Shown: positions 1 through 12,135 of the stretch, in pieces
How positions within the stretch are numbered: the first letter of the stretch is position 1
Layout of the letters: each line of letters starts with the position of its first letter
The notes under the pieces: model-generated
The model's database searches: none
What the model saw: only the letters and a program-made list of their open reading frames with translations
Told to the model about the DNA's origin: nothing
Origin: Laetmonice hystrix
Lineage: Eukaryota
Length of the DNA: 64,000 bases
Reading direction: 5' to 3'
Assembly (NCBI GenBank): GCA_965235115.1
Contig: OZ249442.1
Location: 6,882,001 to 6,946,000, forward strand
Made by a program: the position numbers and the translations under genes

Positions 1-259
1 CATGAAAGATGTGTATCTCTCATAGTGAAATCCTTGAGGTTAACTCCATGAAAGATGTGTATCTCTCATAGTGAAATCCTCGAGGTTAACTCCATGAAAG
101 ATGTGTATCTCTCATAGTGAAATCCTTGAGGTTAACTCCATGAAAGATGTGTATCTCTCATAGTGAAATCCTCGAGGTTAACTCCATGAAAGGTGTGTAT
201 CTCTCATAGTGAAATCCTTGAGGTTAACTCCAAGAAAGATTTGCATCTCTCTTAGTGAA
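1..259. repeat. 46-bp minisatellite, ~5.5 copies, truncated by window start
   Basis: Unit CATGAAAGATGTGTATCTCTCATAGTGAAATCC(T/C)TGAGGTTAACTC recurs at 1, 47, 93, 139, 185. Confidence 0.95.
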
Positions 260-2924
260 TAAAACAGAAACAATGAAAGCCTGCGTAAACCTGGTCATGA
301 TGACTTGGGACAAATTCAGATATTAAGTTTATTCTACACATGAACATTGTACGCTTTTGTAAGGGGAATTTTAAATCACAACAAAGACATTTACTGTGAA
401 ATGCAAGGAATTGTTAGCCCCGGTCGTGGCAAGGCGCCGAATGTCAGTAGTATATAAAAAGTGGCATTTAGTTTGTCCGAAACGTGCCATGAATCTTTCT
501 TCTATTTTCTCCTAAGAAAGTGGACGTTAAAGAAACGTTTTGGGCAGTACTTAGTAATCTATCGTGCGAATTCCATTCTGCGGATGTTTGTTCTATGTTT
601 GGATAGGTTGTAGAGCTTTAATACAAGCAGCAGATAACGGCTCTATAACCTTGGTAAGAGTCCCGTAAGTTTTTGGATTTTCTTTTGGCAGCAGTCTGAA
701 AGATCGATTGTTAATTGATCCGGCGTTTACGTGAATATTCTGTGAATAGTTGAGTTAAGGATATTGACATGTAATCCATCAAGATGATGAGCAGGATGTG
801 TAGAAAGAGAGAGCGCAGGGGAAAATTTGTGATATGTTGAAGAGGTGAAAATCTCAAGCGACACATTGTAGTTGGGCAGGTTGTGTAGTATTTCACGGAA
901 GCTGTAGATCATGAACAACAAGATTGCTGCCAGGCGGACCTGCTGCATTGTGGGAGTACGGGATAAAGTTGCGGGATCAGGGCTGTGTCAATTGTGGTAA
1001 CTGCTGATACCGGTTATCGTTGAATGCAGGCCATATTGTAGGCTTAGCCATAGATAAAAAACCTGCTGTGGCGGCCGCCGGCCTCCATAACTCAGCGGCA
1101 CACGTGTGCGCCACGACCGCTCATGACTGCAGAGATTCTGTGCAAAGGTGATGTATGCTGTCTCCATGGATACATGTCGTCACGGGCAACTGACGGGGTG
1201 GAACCAGCCGGAATCGCTCATCAAAGACCACTTGTTGTGGAGGGTGATGACAAATAGTGCACCTGCGAAAAGCAATTTGGTTGGTCAGTGGCATGCCTTC
1301 ACTCTGCCAGGTGTAGATATGGCGGACACCGGGAGGGTCGCCGTTGTCCTTGGCAACATGGGAGGCAGCTGCACGGCTCTGATAATCGTAGTTTGGTGAT
1401 TACAAAGTTTCAGGGGGCAGATTGGCAAGCCACATAGACACTTGCTCTTTTCTATAAATTTTCTGTGTCACGTGTGAGGCTGGGATAGAGAACCATTTCA
1501 CTATCGTTCAGTTGAAATGTCTGCGCAACCATTTACAAAATCTCTAAGAGGAACATTGTTTCAGAGAGGTGTGTGCGAGCAATGATAAGATGAAGATGCT
1601 GTCTGTAGATAGTCACCTTTGTTCTACTTTATCAGTCCATGCGGTGTAGTGCTTATGGCAAGACGGAAGTCCAGTTATGAGACTTTTCATCCGTATGAGT
1701 CAGTTCTCATCGATTTCCTGCCATGGTAATGAAGATTTATTATTTATCAGGAATAACTGCATGCAATACTTTATCACAATTTCAACTGTATATAAAATAA
1801 ACAAAAATTCCAAAAAAAGAAGAAGAGGGCAAGATACGTAAAGATTTTGGAAGGGTCAAGGAATATAATTTGTTTCGAGCAGCTGACTGAACCTTCTCTT
1901 CAGTTCCAATATTCTACCTCAGTTCTGGAAGGTTGGGTTCACGAAAGGTGACACTTTCTGTCTGCAGTGTATTCACATGTGACACGACTCGAGCGTTAGC
2001 ATTCTTAGGTTTTCAAAGTCTTTAGGACGAGTTCTGATAGATCTACACACCAATTATTGGTATTAAATCGACCTGTCTTGAGTTACTTGCCAAACCGTTT
2101 ACCTCTACATTGTTGGATGCCATGAGAATATGGCATGAAGATTTCTCCTTCAGTAAGTGTTGACTCTTAGAAGATGTTAGATTATATACTCAGCCAAGTC
2201 AGGTCAGCGGTCGTCGACCAAGGCCAGTAGACATCGCTTGCTTCAAATTGACAGATGAAAACAGACACAAAGGGACTGCACTTAAACAAAAAGTTATTGC
2301 TGCCATCTTTGTGTTTCATTTTTCATATTTGGGAAGTTTTGATTGAGAATGAATCTTATTTAGAGCCGGGGCAGTGTTCGTTTGGCACAGGAGCACGTGG
2401 AAGCATTTAGGGTGTTTGATGTGGACCACTGGCACTTGTGCAGTGCGTAGATAGAGTATCTGCGCTGCACCAGTGTTTTCCTACTGAGCCTCAGGGACGA
2501 GGCTGGGGTGTGGCGATAACCCATCGCTCTACCCCACACAAAACACTCGCCTGCCCCCCACAGTCTAACTCACTGGGCTTCTACTCCTGACCACGTCTCG
2601 CCAGTATTGTTAGACCCCCTTCTGGTTGAAACCTCGGTGAAAGAACTGTATTATCTAATTAAACTTTATGTTTACAGTCTCCACGAGTGCTGTCGGCTGT
2701 GTACAATATACTGCCATTACTCTACGTGCTCGTACCTCGAACTTTCGTCTACGTATACAATCCCTTGTCAGAACTTTGGTGAACAAATCACCGCACTAAT
2801 GGAAACCGTGAAACTTTAAAAAAAGTGTGATTTGTTCTCATATGTTTGTTTACTCAGTGTTCAGTCGCCAGATGTACAGGTAGTTCATTAATGTTTAGTC
2901 AGGACAGAATCAGTGGAGTCGGAT

Positions 2925-3605
2925 TTAGTAGTGGTATATAGTTCGAAATGGAAAATGTCGAGTTGAATTCAGCAAGTGTATAGTTCGAAACAGTGGCGGA
3001 TCCAGCAGTTCAGGAAGGGGGGGGGGCACTAATTTTGATGGATAACGGTGGGCCCATTTTCGGGGGGGGGGGGGGGTTGTTTTCTGAACATATAGAATAC
3101 AAGTTTCTCCCAAATCTTTCAACGAAATTCCATTATTTTTATGCATGAAACATAGAAAATAAGCCAGAGTTTGAAAAATAGGGGGGGGGGGCTGAATCCG
3201 CCACTGCGAATGGCAAAAGGTTGAGTTGGAGTGGGTCGTGGTATACTTCGAAAGGGTAAAAGGTTCAGTTGGAGTCAGTAGTGGTTCGAAAGGGTAAAAG
3301 GTTGAGTTGGAGTCAGTAGTGGTTCGAAAGGGTAAAAGGTTGAGTTGGAGTCAGTAGTGATATAGTTCGAAAGGGAAAAGGTTGAGTTGGAGTCAGTAGT
3401 GATATAGTTCGAAAGGGAAAAGGTTGAGTTGGAGTCAGTAGTGATATAGTTCGAAAGGGAAAAGGTTGAGTTGGAGTCAGTAGTGATATAGTTCGAAAGG
3501 GAAAAGGTTGAGTTGGAGTCAGTAGTGATATAGTTCGAAAGGGAAAAGGTTGAGTTGGAGTTAGAGTGGTATAGTTAAAGATGGAAAAGGTTGAGTTGGA
3601 ATGAG
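2925..3605. repeat. 38-42-bp minisatellite, degenerate at left end and interrupted by a MITE
   Basis: Unit TATAGTTCGAAAGGGAAAAGGTTGAGTTGGAGTCAGTAGTGA, with 38-bp variants lacking part of the ATAT segment. Confidence 0.9.
2991..3206. mobile_element. 216-bp MITE with CAGTGGCGGA termini
   Basis: 16-bp TIRs CAGTGGCGGATCCAGC (2991-3006) and GCTGAATCCGCCACTG (3191-3206), 1 mismatch. Internal poly-G runs. Flanks ...TTCGAAA / CGAATGG suggest an imperfect 4-5 bp CGAA(A) duplication. Superfamily not assignable. Confidence 0.8.
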
Positions 3606-5421
3606 TTGAGGTGTGTCTTTGTGTGCTTTCATTCCATCATTTGAGGTGTGTCTTTGTGTGCTTTCATTCCATCATTTGAGGTGTGTCTTTGTGTGCTTTC
3701 ATTCCATCATTTGAGGTGTGTCTTTGTGTGCTTTCATTCCATCATTTGAGGTGTGTCTTTGTTTGCTTTCATCCCACCATTTGAGGTGTGTCTTTGTATG
3801 CTTCCATCCCACCATTTGAGGTGTGTCTTTGTGTGCTTTCATTCCATCATTTGAGGTGTGTCTTTGTTTGCTTTCATCCCACCATTTGAGGTGTGTCTTT
3901 GTATGCTTCCATCCCACCATTTGAGGTGTGTCTTTGTATGCTTCCATCCCACCATTTGAGGTGTGTCTTTGTATGCTTTCATTCCATCATTTGAGGTGTG
4001 TCTTTGTTTGCTTTCATCCCACCATTTGAGGTGTGTCTTTGTATGCTTCCATCCCACCATTTGAGGTGTGTCTTTGTATGCTTCCATCCCACCATTTGAG
4101 GTGTGTCTTTGTATGCTTTCATCCCACCATTTGAGGTGTGTCTTTGTTTGCTTCCATCCCACCATTTGAGGTGTGTCTTTGTATGCTTCCATCCCACCAT
4201 TTGAGGTGTGTCTTTGTGTGTTTTCATTCCACCATTTGAGGTGTGTCTTTGTATGCTTTCATCCCACCATTTGAGGTGTGTCTTTGTTTGCTTCCATCCC
4301 ACCATTTGAGGTGTGTCTTTGTATGCTTCCATCCCACCATTTGAGGTGTGTCTTTGTGTGTTTTCATTCCACCATTTGAGGTGTGTCTTTGTATGCTTTC
4401 ATTCCACCATTTGAGGTGTGTCTTTGTATGCTTTCATTCCACCATTTGAGGTGTGTCTTTGTATGCTTCCATCCCACCATTTGAGGTGTGTCTTTGTGTG
4501 CTTTCATTCCATCATTTGAGGTGTGTCTTTGTTTGCTTTCATTCCACCATTTGAGGTGTGTCTTTGTATGCTTCCATCCCACCATTTGAGGTGTGTCTTT
4601 GTTTGCTTTCATTCCACCATTTGAGGTGTGTCTTTGTATGCTTCCATCCCACCATTTGAGGTGTGTCTTTGTTTGCTTTCATTCCACCATTTGAGGTGTG
4701 TCTTTGTATGCTTCCATCCCACCATTTGAGGTGTGTCTTTGTTTGCTTTCATTCCACCATTTGAGGTGTGTCTTTGTATGCTTCCATTCCACCATTTGAG
4801 GTGTGTCTTTGTTTGCTTTCATTCCACCATTTGAGGTGTGTCTTTGTATGCTTCCATCCCACCATTTGAGGTGTGTCTTTGTTTGCTTTCATCCCACCAT
4901 TTGAGGTGTGTCTTTGTGTGCTTCCATTCCACCATTTGAGGTGTGTCTTTGTTTGCTTTCATCCCACCATTTGAGGTGTGTCTTTGTTTGCTTTCATCCC
5001 ACCATTTGAGGTGTGTCTTTGTGTGCTTCCATTCCACCATTTGAGGTGTGTCTTTGTTTGCTTTCATCCCACCATTTGAGGTGTGTCTTTGTGTGCTTCC
5101 ATTCCACCATTTGAGGTGTGTCTTTGTTTGCTTTCATCCCACCATTTGAGGTGTGTCTTTGTGTGCTTTCATTCCACCATTTGAGGTGTGTCTTTGTATG
5201 CTTCCATCCCACCATTTGAGGTGTGTCTTTGTGCTTTCATTCCACCATTTTAGGTGTGTCTTTGTATGCTTCCATCCCACCATTTGAGGTGTGTCTTTGT
5301 ATGCTTCCATCCCACCATTTGAGGTGTGTCTTTGTATGCTTCCATCCCACCATTTGAGGTGTGTCTTTGTATGCTTCCATCCCACCATTTGAGGTGTGTC
5401 TTTCTTTGCTTCCATCCCACT
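3606..5421. repeat. 35-bp minisatellite, ~52 copies
   Basis: Unit TTGAGGTGTGTCTTTGT(A/G/T)TGCTT(T/C)CAT(C/T)CCA(C/T)CAT; source of the repetitive minus-strand ORFs 3699-5472. Confidence 0.97.
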
Positions 5422-6102
5422 ATTATGACTCCTTTTCTTACTTAACGAATTTATCAATTTGGTTATTTTCACTCTGCTTCAGTGCTCATTGGAACCTTAC
5501 TAGTCAGTCAAGTACGAATTCTTACAGTCGGTTCTTCAAGCTGAATGTATTTTGGATTCCTCAATATAAAAGTAGATGTGGCATCTCCTTATCGCCACCT
5601 GCAGCGGAACTAGTCAAGTTCTCTCGTTGGTTGACACACAGAGAGCCGGGCAGTTGGGGGACAGAGGTACGGACCTTGAATTAAAACTGATTTAAGTAAC
5701 TGACAAAGAGTTGGGGGTAATTCTCTGTCCTGTTTTTTGTCTGTAGTTGTTTGTGTAGAGAGATGGTTTGATGTGGGTCGGTTGATGGTGACATAGACTT
5801 GGCCGGCGTGACAAAGCCCCCGCCAGTCAGGCATGGCTATCAGCTGGTAGCAGCGGACCCCTGCCCAGCGCCACAGGACACCCCTCAGGCCAGCGACCCA
5901 CTCAACCCTGTCCGTGACCAGCCGACGGCAGCAGGCACGGCCAGCAGGGGGACGAGCACGGCTAACACACAGTGACGGTCTCCGACTGTCTTCATCACAC
6001 ACAGCCCGTATACAGCCGGCTGGGCGGCGGGCTCACAGACAACGTTATAGACCTTTACTTTCTACGCTGAATCTTTCAATTCAAATTTGGTCCTTTCATT
6101 TA

Positions 6103-6579
6103 GGCCAAATAAAAAATGTTACTTGTTTAGCGTCCTCGCCCGACCTGTGAAATGCCCCCGACCTGGGAATTTTTTTAATTTTTTTTATTAAAAAAAAAAC
6201 AAAATAAAGTGTAAAAACTGTCAAAACGACGTCTTCCCACATAAGAACAGTGTATAATGCGCTTTGTAAACCCATTAACGATAGTAAAGTTGCTTCTAAA
6301 AGAGTCCCAGCAGTGTCACTTCGAACTGTGTTGTATGATGACTGGTGAAAAATTTCATTTTAAAATACATGTGCACATGTAAGTTTAACTTTCGCTTAAA
6401 CAAAGACTTAAATAGAAGTTTCATGTTTTCTTCTTCAAATTCTAGCTTGGAAGTTTTCATAGTCTATACCTTCCTAAGTTGCCGTCTGACCATGAATACC
6501 ATGGGTGTCTGCTTCCTACAGCCACGCTGGAAAAATTTGACGAGGCGGACGCTAAACAAGTAACTTTTTTTATTTAGCC
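6103..6579. mobile_element. 477-bp non-autonomous DNA transposon, Zator-like
   Basis: 33-bp TIRs GGCCAAATAAAAAATGTTACTTGTTTAGCGTCC (6103-6135) and inverse (6547-6579), 2 mismatches. TTA on both flanks (6100-6102, 6580-6582). GG termini, ~30-bp TIR and TWA TSD match the Zator description. Confidence 0.8.
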
Positions 6580-7762
6580 TTATTCGTGTGTTTTTATTGT
6601 ATCAGAAGCAGTATTCCCTCTCTGATGAGATAGATTAAATTGTTGCAAAGAAGTAAAATATTGCACAGCGATGCTAAGTGCTATTTTTTCTGGTTAAGAA
6701 GAAGAGACTTCCTATAAAAGTTTCCCAAAATTTTCTTCTTGTGATATCCTTTTGTGAGGGTCGTTTTGCTTGTTTTGGTAGATTTATGGAAAGTGCTCTC
6801 CTGTTGATCTGTTTAGATTTGTTGTCTTGGTGTTGTCATGGTGACATAATGGTCACAAACTGTCCGGGACAACGACCGCGCCAGGTTGCTGTGAGATAAG
6901 AGCTTTATTCTCGCATACAAATCAGTCTGAACACCTCTCAGTCACGTGACCTATCCTCTCGGCTGACGAGATCCCAGTGTGGCGTTATCTCACGGCCTGG
7001 ACTCGTTCTGTAATCGTCTACATTCCCCCACTGGATGCATAAATTGTACACTGCCCACTGTGCTGGCAAAACGGGGCTCATTCATTGACGATCGGCCTGT
7101 GATTTGGGTGGGCCAGTCGGTGGGCCAGTCGGTGGGCCTGAAGTCATGTTGGTTGTTGTGGCGGGCGGCTTATCGCAGTGTCGGGCGTGTCCCTGTCGCC
7201 GTGACACGTGCGCGCCCACACACACACGGGTCTCGTCTGAGTACGATCAGCATCCAGCGTGCGCCCACGCCTGCCATTGGATGATAACACAATGATTGGC
7301 ACCTCCACGCAATCAGCGATTTGCACAGGTATTTGACGCTGTATCAGCTCCCCGACACATGGAACCTACGCCATATTAACTCTTTTTAAGTTTTATATAA
7401 ATAGCATTCTGGTTGACAGGAAAATAAAAGTTTTTGTTTCTGATTTCATGTAAGTATGAAATATGATTGCATGAAAGATCGCTGCTTAAAGAGGCGAGCC
7501 AAATGCGCATTTTCCGAGGGGTTCAATAAGAGAAGCGGGAAGGAATACACGATTCTTTCTCGTAGATAAAGAGTATTGACTTTCCACGTCTTTGATCTCA
7601 CCAGTGGGAGCACTTTATTTAGATTTTGATTTATTTCAAAGCTACGTCTGGTTTTAGCTTTCAGTTTCAGCTTCTAGATTTATTGTGATGACTTTCAGGA
7701 AAGTTTCTCCGTGTTTCTCCCGTGACCTTTAATTTTGACATAGGCCTACCCGTTGAGTATAA

Positions 7763-7856
7763 ACATCCTGACAACTAGCTTGGACACATACAAAACCAAT
7801 CAAGGATCCACATCCTGACAACTAGCTTGGACACATACAAAACCAATCAAGGATCC
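7763..7856. repeat. Perfect 47-bp tandem duplication (2 copies)
   Basis: ACATCCTGACAACTAGCTTGGACACATACAAAACCAATCAAGGATCC at 7763 and 7810. Confidence 0.9.
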
Positions 7857-8046
7857 TAGAGGGGTAATTTAGATTTATGAGGGACCATTGTACTCAGACA
7901 ATGTTTAACTGGCGCGGCCTCGAGTGTCCTCGTGGGGCGGCGGATGTTGGATTCTAGAATTACCTGCGTATCACAGAGAATCAGTTGATTTCTCGCACTG
8001 ACCCTCCCGAGTGGTAAGTAAATACTCCGGTATATCTGAGTCTATC

Positions 8047-8753
8047 TCAGAAACTGCCTTCAATCAGTAAGCGTCCTTCTCACCTCATCCAGAACTGCCT
8101 CTAATTATCAGGCTTGTTTCTCACCTCATCCAGAACTGCCTCCAATCATCAGGCTCGTTTCTCACCTCATCCAGAACTGCCTCCAATCATCAGGCTTGTT
8201 TGTCACCTCATCCAGAACTGCCTCCAATCATCAGGCTTGTTTGTCACCTCATCCAGAACTGCCTCCAATCATCAGGCTTGTTTCTCACCTCATTCAGAGC
8301 TGCCTCCAATCAGCAGGCTTGTTTCTCACCTCATCCAGAACTGCCTCCAATCACCAGGCTCGTTTCTCACCTCATCCAGAACTGCTTCCAATCATCAGGC
8401 TTGTTTCTCACCTCATTCAGAGCTGCCTCCAATCATCAGGCTCGTTTCTCACCTCATCCAGAACTGCCTCCAATCAGCAGGCTTGTTTCTCACCTCATCC
8501 AGAACTGCCTCCAATCATCAGGCTTGTTTCTCACCTCATCCAGAACTGCTTCCAATCATCAGGCTTGTTTCTCACCTCATTCAGAGCTGCCTCCAATCAT
8601 CAGGCTCGTTTCTCACCTCATCCAGAACTGCCTCCAATCAGCAGGCTTGTTTCTCACCTCATCCAGAACTGCCTCCAATCATCAGGCTTGTTTCTCACCT
8701 TATCCAGAACTGCCTCCAATCATCAGGCTTCTTTCACACCTCATCCAGAACTG
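8047..8753. repeat. 41-bp minisatellite, ~17 copies
   Basis: Unit TCAGGCTTGTTTCTCACCTCATCCAGAACTGCCTCCAATCA; source of ORFs 8114-8870. Confidence 0.95.
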
Positions 8754-8830
8754 AAACTGGACATCAGTAGTTTTAGGTTCAGGGTGGAGGTGGAGACGAT
8801 ATGGAAGATTTCTGTATTCATCTGTGTTCA

Positions 8831-9691
8831 GGGTCATTCCATGTCAATTCAACAAGGAGTCCCCGGGTGACCCCTTCAGAATTCAACCAGAATTTTGGCA
8901 TACACGTACTACAACATATATTATGAAGCCCTGCAAAATTTTAGTGCAAAATATCCAATAGTTTTGAAGATATGACCCTTTCAACATGCCTGGGGGTGCG
9001 AATTTCGCAAGCTTTTTTGCGTGTTATTTTTCAAGTCATGTTCAAGACCTTATAACTTTTGATCCATAAGAAGTAGAGCTCTGAAATTTTTAGTATTGAT
9101 TCATCTCACAGGCTGCTGTCAGAAGACATCGACAGATACTTTTTATATTAATTGACATGTGATACAGATTAAGTCAAAAATCATGATTTCATCAATACGA
9201 ATGTTTGCACCTTTGCGAGCCCACATTTGGCCACGTGCCAAGCAAAAACAAACTGCTTAAATCCCTTGTAACTCTGTGTACAACATCTCTAGAACCCTGT
9301 CTACTAGTGTGTATAATATAAAGTCTCTGGTGATTATAACTTCTGAGATATGGGCATCCCAATTCGTAAAAAATAGAATTCTAGTGCAGTTTCAAGTACA
9401 TTTTTCAAAAGGATGGATAGGTCGTACAGTTAGGTATTATATCTTAAATGGAAGAGTGAAATTTACTCTTTCCTTTGATATTAAGCACACCTTGCTTCCA
9501 TGAAGTCTTCTGTAACTAACTGACAATTCAAAAAGAGGTCATATCTTCAAAACTATTGGATATTTTGCCCGAAAATTTTTGCAGGGGTTCAAAATATATC
9601 TTGTAGTACATGTATGCAAAAAATGGTTGAATTCTAAGGGGGTCACCCGGGAATTCTTCTGAAAATTTGACGATTTGACGTGGAATGACCC
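8831..9691. mobile_element. 861-bp non-autonomous DNA transposon with long TIRs, Sola2-like
   Basis: Imperfect ~150-bp TIRs (8831-8977 and 9537-9691), both beginning GGGTCATTCCA(T/C)GTCAA and ending TTTGAAGATATGACC. 4-bp TSD TTCA (8827-8830, 9692-9695). GRG termini with a 4-bp TSD fit Sola2. No transposase ORF. Confidence 0.8.
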
Positions 9692-9765
9692 TTCATCATG
9701 ACAAAGAACGAACGAGTGTCTCCTTTTGAAAAGTTGTCCTCGTGATGGAATGGTCCGTGTTGCAT

Positions 9766-11306
9766 CTCTACTGTGTACGTTTATAATGACCGGTATGACA
9801 TCGGGCTTGGCCTGAGCTCAGCGACTTCAAACTCTATTGTGTACGTTTATAATGACCGGTATGACATCGTGCTTGGCCTGAGCTCAGCGACTTCAAACTC
9901 TACTGTGTACGTTTATAATGACCGGTATGACATCGTGCTTGGCCTGAGCTTAGCGACTTCAAACTCTACTGTGTACGTTTATAATGACCGGTATGACATC
10001 GTGCTTGGCCTGAGCTCAGCGACTTCAAACTCTACTGTGTACGTTTATAATGACCGGTATGACATCGTACTTGGCCTGAGCTCAGCGACTTCAAACTCTA
10101 CTGTGTATGTTTATAATGACCGGTATGACATTGTGCTTGGCCTGAGCTTAGCGACTTCAAACTCTATTATGTACGTTTATAATGACCGGTATGACATCAG
10201 GCTGGGCCTGAGCTCAGCGACTTCAAACTCTATTGTGTACGTTTATAATGACCGGTATGACATCAGGCTGGGCCTGAGCTCAGCGACTTCAAACTCTATT
10301 GTGTACGTTTATAATGGCCGGTGACATCGTGCTTGGCCTGAGCTCAGCGACTTCAAACTCTATTGTGTACGTTTATAATGACCGGTATGACATCGTGCTT
10401 GGCCTGAGCTTAGTACATTGTGCTTGGCCTGAGCTCAGCGACTTCAAACTCTATTGTGTACGTTTATAATGACCGGTATGACATCGTGCTTGGCCTGAGC
10501 TCAGCGACTTCAAACTCTATTGTGTACGTTTATAATGACCGGTATGACATCGTGCTTGGCCTGAGCTCAGCGACTTCAAACTCTATTGTGTACGTTTATA
10601 ATGACCGGTATGACATCGTGCTTGGCCTGAGCTTAGTACATTGTGCTTGGCCTGAGCTCAGCGACTTCAAACTCTATTGTGTACGTTTATAATGACCGGT
10701 ATGACATCGTGCTTGGCCTGAGCTCAGCGACTTCAAACTCTATTGTGTACGTTTATAATGACCGGTATGACATCGTGCTTGGCCTGAGCTCAGCGACTTC
10801 AAACTCTATTGTGTACGTTTATAATGACCGGTGACATCGTGCTTGGCCTGAGCTCAGTACATTGTGCTTGGCCTGAGCTCAGCGACTTCAAACTCTATTG
10901 TGTACGTTTATAATGACCGGTATGACATCGGGCTTGGCCTGAGCTCAGCGACTTCAAACTCTACTGTGTACGTTTATAATGACCGGTATGACATCGGGCT
11001 GGGCCTGAGCTCAGCGACTTCAAACTCTATTGTGTACGTTTATAATGACCGGTATGACATCGGGCTTGGCCTGAGCTCAGCGACTTCAAACTATTGTGTA
11101 CGGTACGTTTATAATGACCGGTATGACATCGGGCTTGGCCTGAGCTTAGCGACTTCAAACTCTATTCTGTATGTTTATAATGACCGGTATGACATCGGGC
11201 TTGGCCTGAGCTCAGCGACTTCAAACTCTATTGTGTACGTTTATAATGATCGGTATGACATCGGGCTTGGCCTGAGCTCAGCGACTTCAAACTCTATTGT
11301 GTACGT
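9766..11306. repeat. 66-bp minisatellite, ~23 copies
   Basis: Unit TGTGTACGTTTATAATGACCGGTATGACATCGTGCTTGGCCTGAGCTCAGCGACTTCAAACTCTAT; source of the 22-aa-periodic ORFs. Confidence 0.97.
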
Positions 11307-12135
11307 GATCCAGTCAGTGACTGGCCGTGATCCAGTTAGTGACTGGCTGTGATCCGGTTAGTGACTGGCTGTGGTCCGGTTAGTGACTGGCTGTGGTCCG
11401 GTTAGTGACTGGCTGTGATCCAGTCAGTGACTGGCTGTGATCCAGTCAGTGACTGGCTGTGATCCGGTTAGTGACTGGCTGTGATCCAGTTAGTGACTGG
11501 CTGTGATGTGATCCAGTCAGTGACTGGCTGTGATGTGATCCAGTCAGTGACTGGCTGTGATGTGATCCAGTCAGTGACTGACCGTGATCCACTCAGTGAC
11601 TGGCCGTGATCCAGTTAGTGACTGGCTGTGATCCAGTTAATGACTGGCTGTGATCCAGTTAGTGACTGGCTGTGATCCAGTTAGTGACTGGCTGTGATCC
11701 AGTCAGTGACTGGCCGTGATACAGTCAGTGACTGGCCGTGATACAGTCAGTGACTGGCCGTGATCCAGTCAGTGACTGGCTGTGATCCAGTCAGTGACTG
11801 GCCGTGATCCAGTCAGTGACTGGCCGTGATACAGTCAGTGACTGGCCGTGATCCAGTCAGTGACTGGCTGTGATCCAGTTATTAGTGACTGGCTGTGATC
11901 CAGTCAGTGACTGGCTGTGATGTGATCCAGTCAGTGACTGGCTGTGATGTGATCCAGTCAGTGACTGGCTGTGATGTGATCCAGTCAGTGACTGACCGTG
12001 ATCCACTCAGTGACTGGCCGTGATCCAGTTAGTGACTGGCTGTGATCCAGTTAATGACTGGCTGTGATCCAGTTAGTGACTGGCTGTGATCCAGTTAGTG
12101 ACTGGCTGTGATCCAGTTAGTGACTGGTTGTGATC
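11305..12135. repeat. 22-bp minisatellite with palindromic core, ~37 copies
   Basis: Unit GTGATCCAGTCAGTGACTGGCT containing CCAGTCA-G-TGACTGG; directly abuts the 66-bp array. Confidence 0.95.

Noticed and set aside
6941-6950. Perfect GTCACGTGAC E-box/CLEAR-like palindrome (similar cores near 12437 and 58955)
   Set aside because: Short motif with no supported gene nearby; chance occurrence cannot be excluded.
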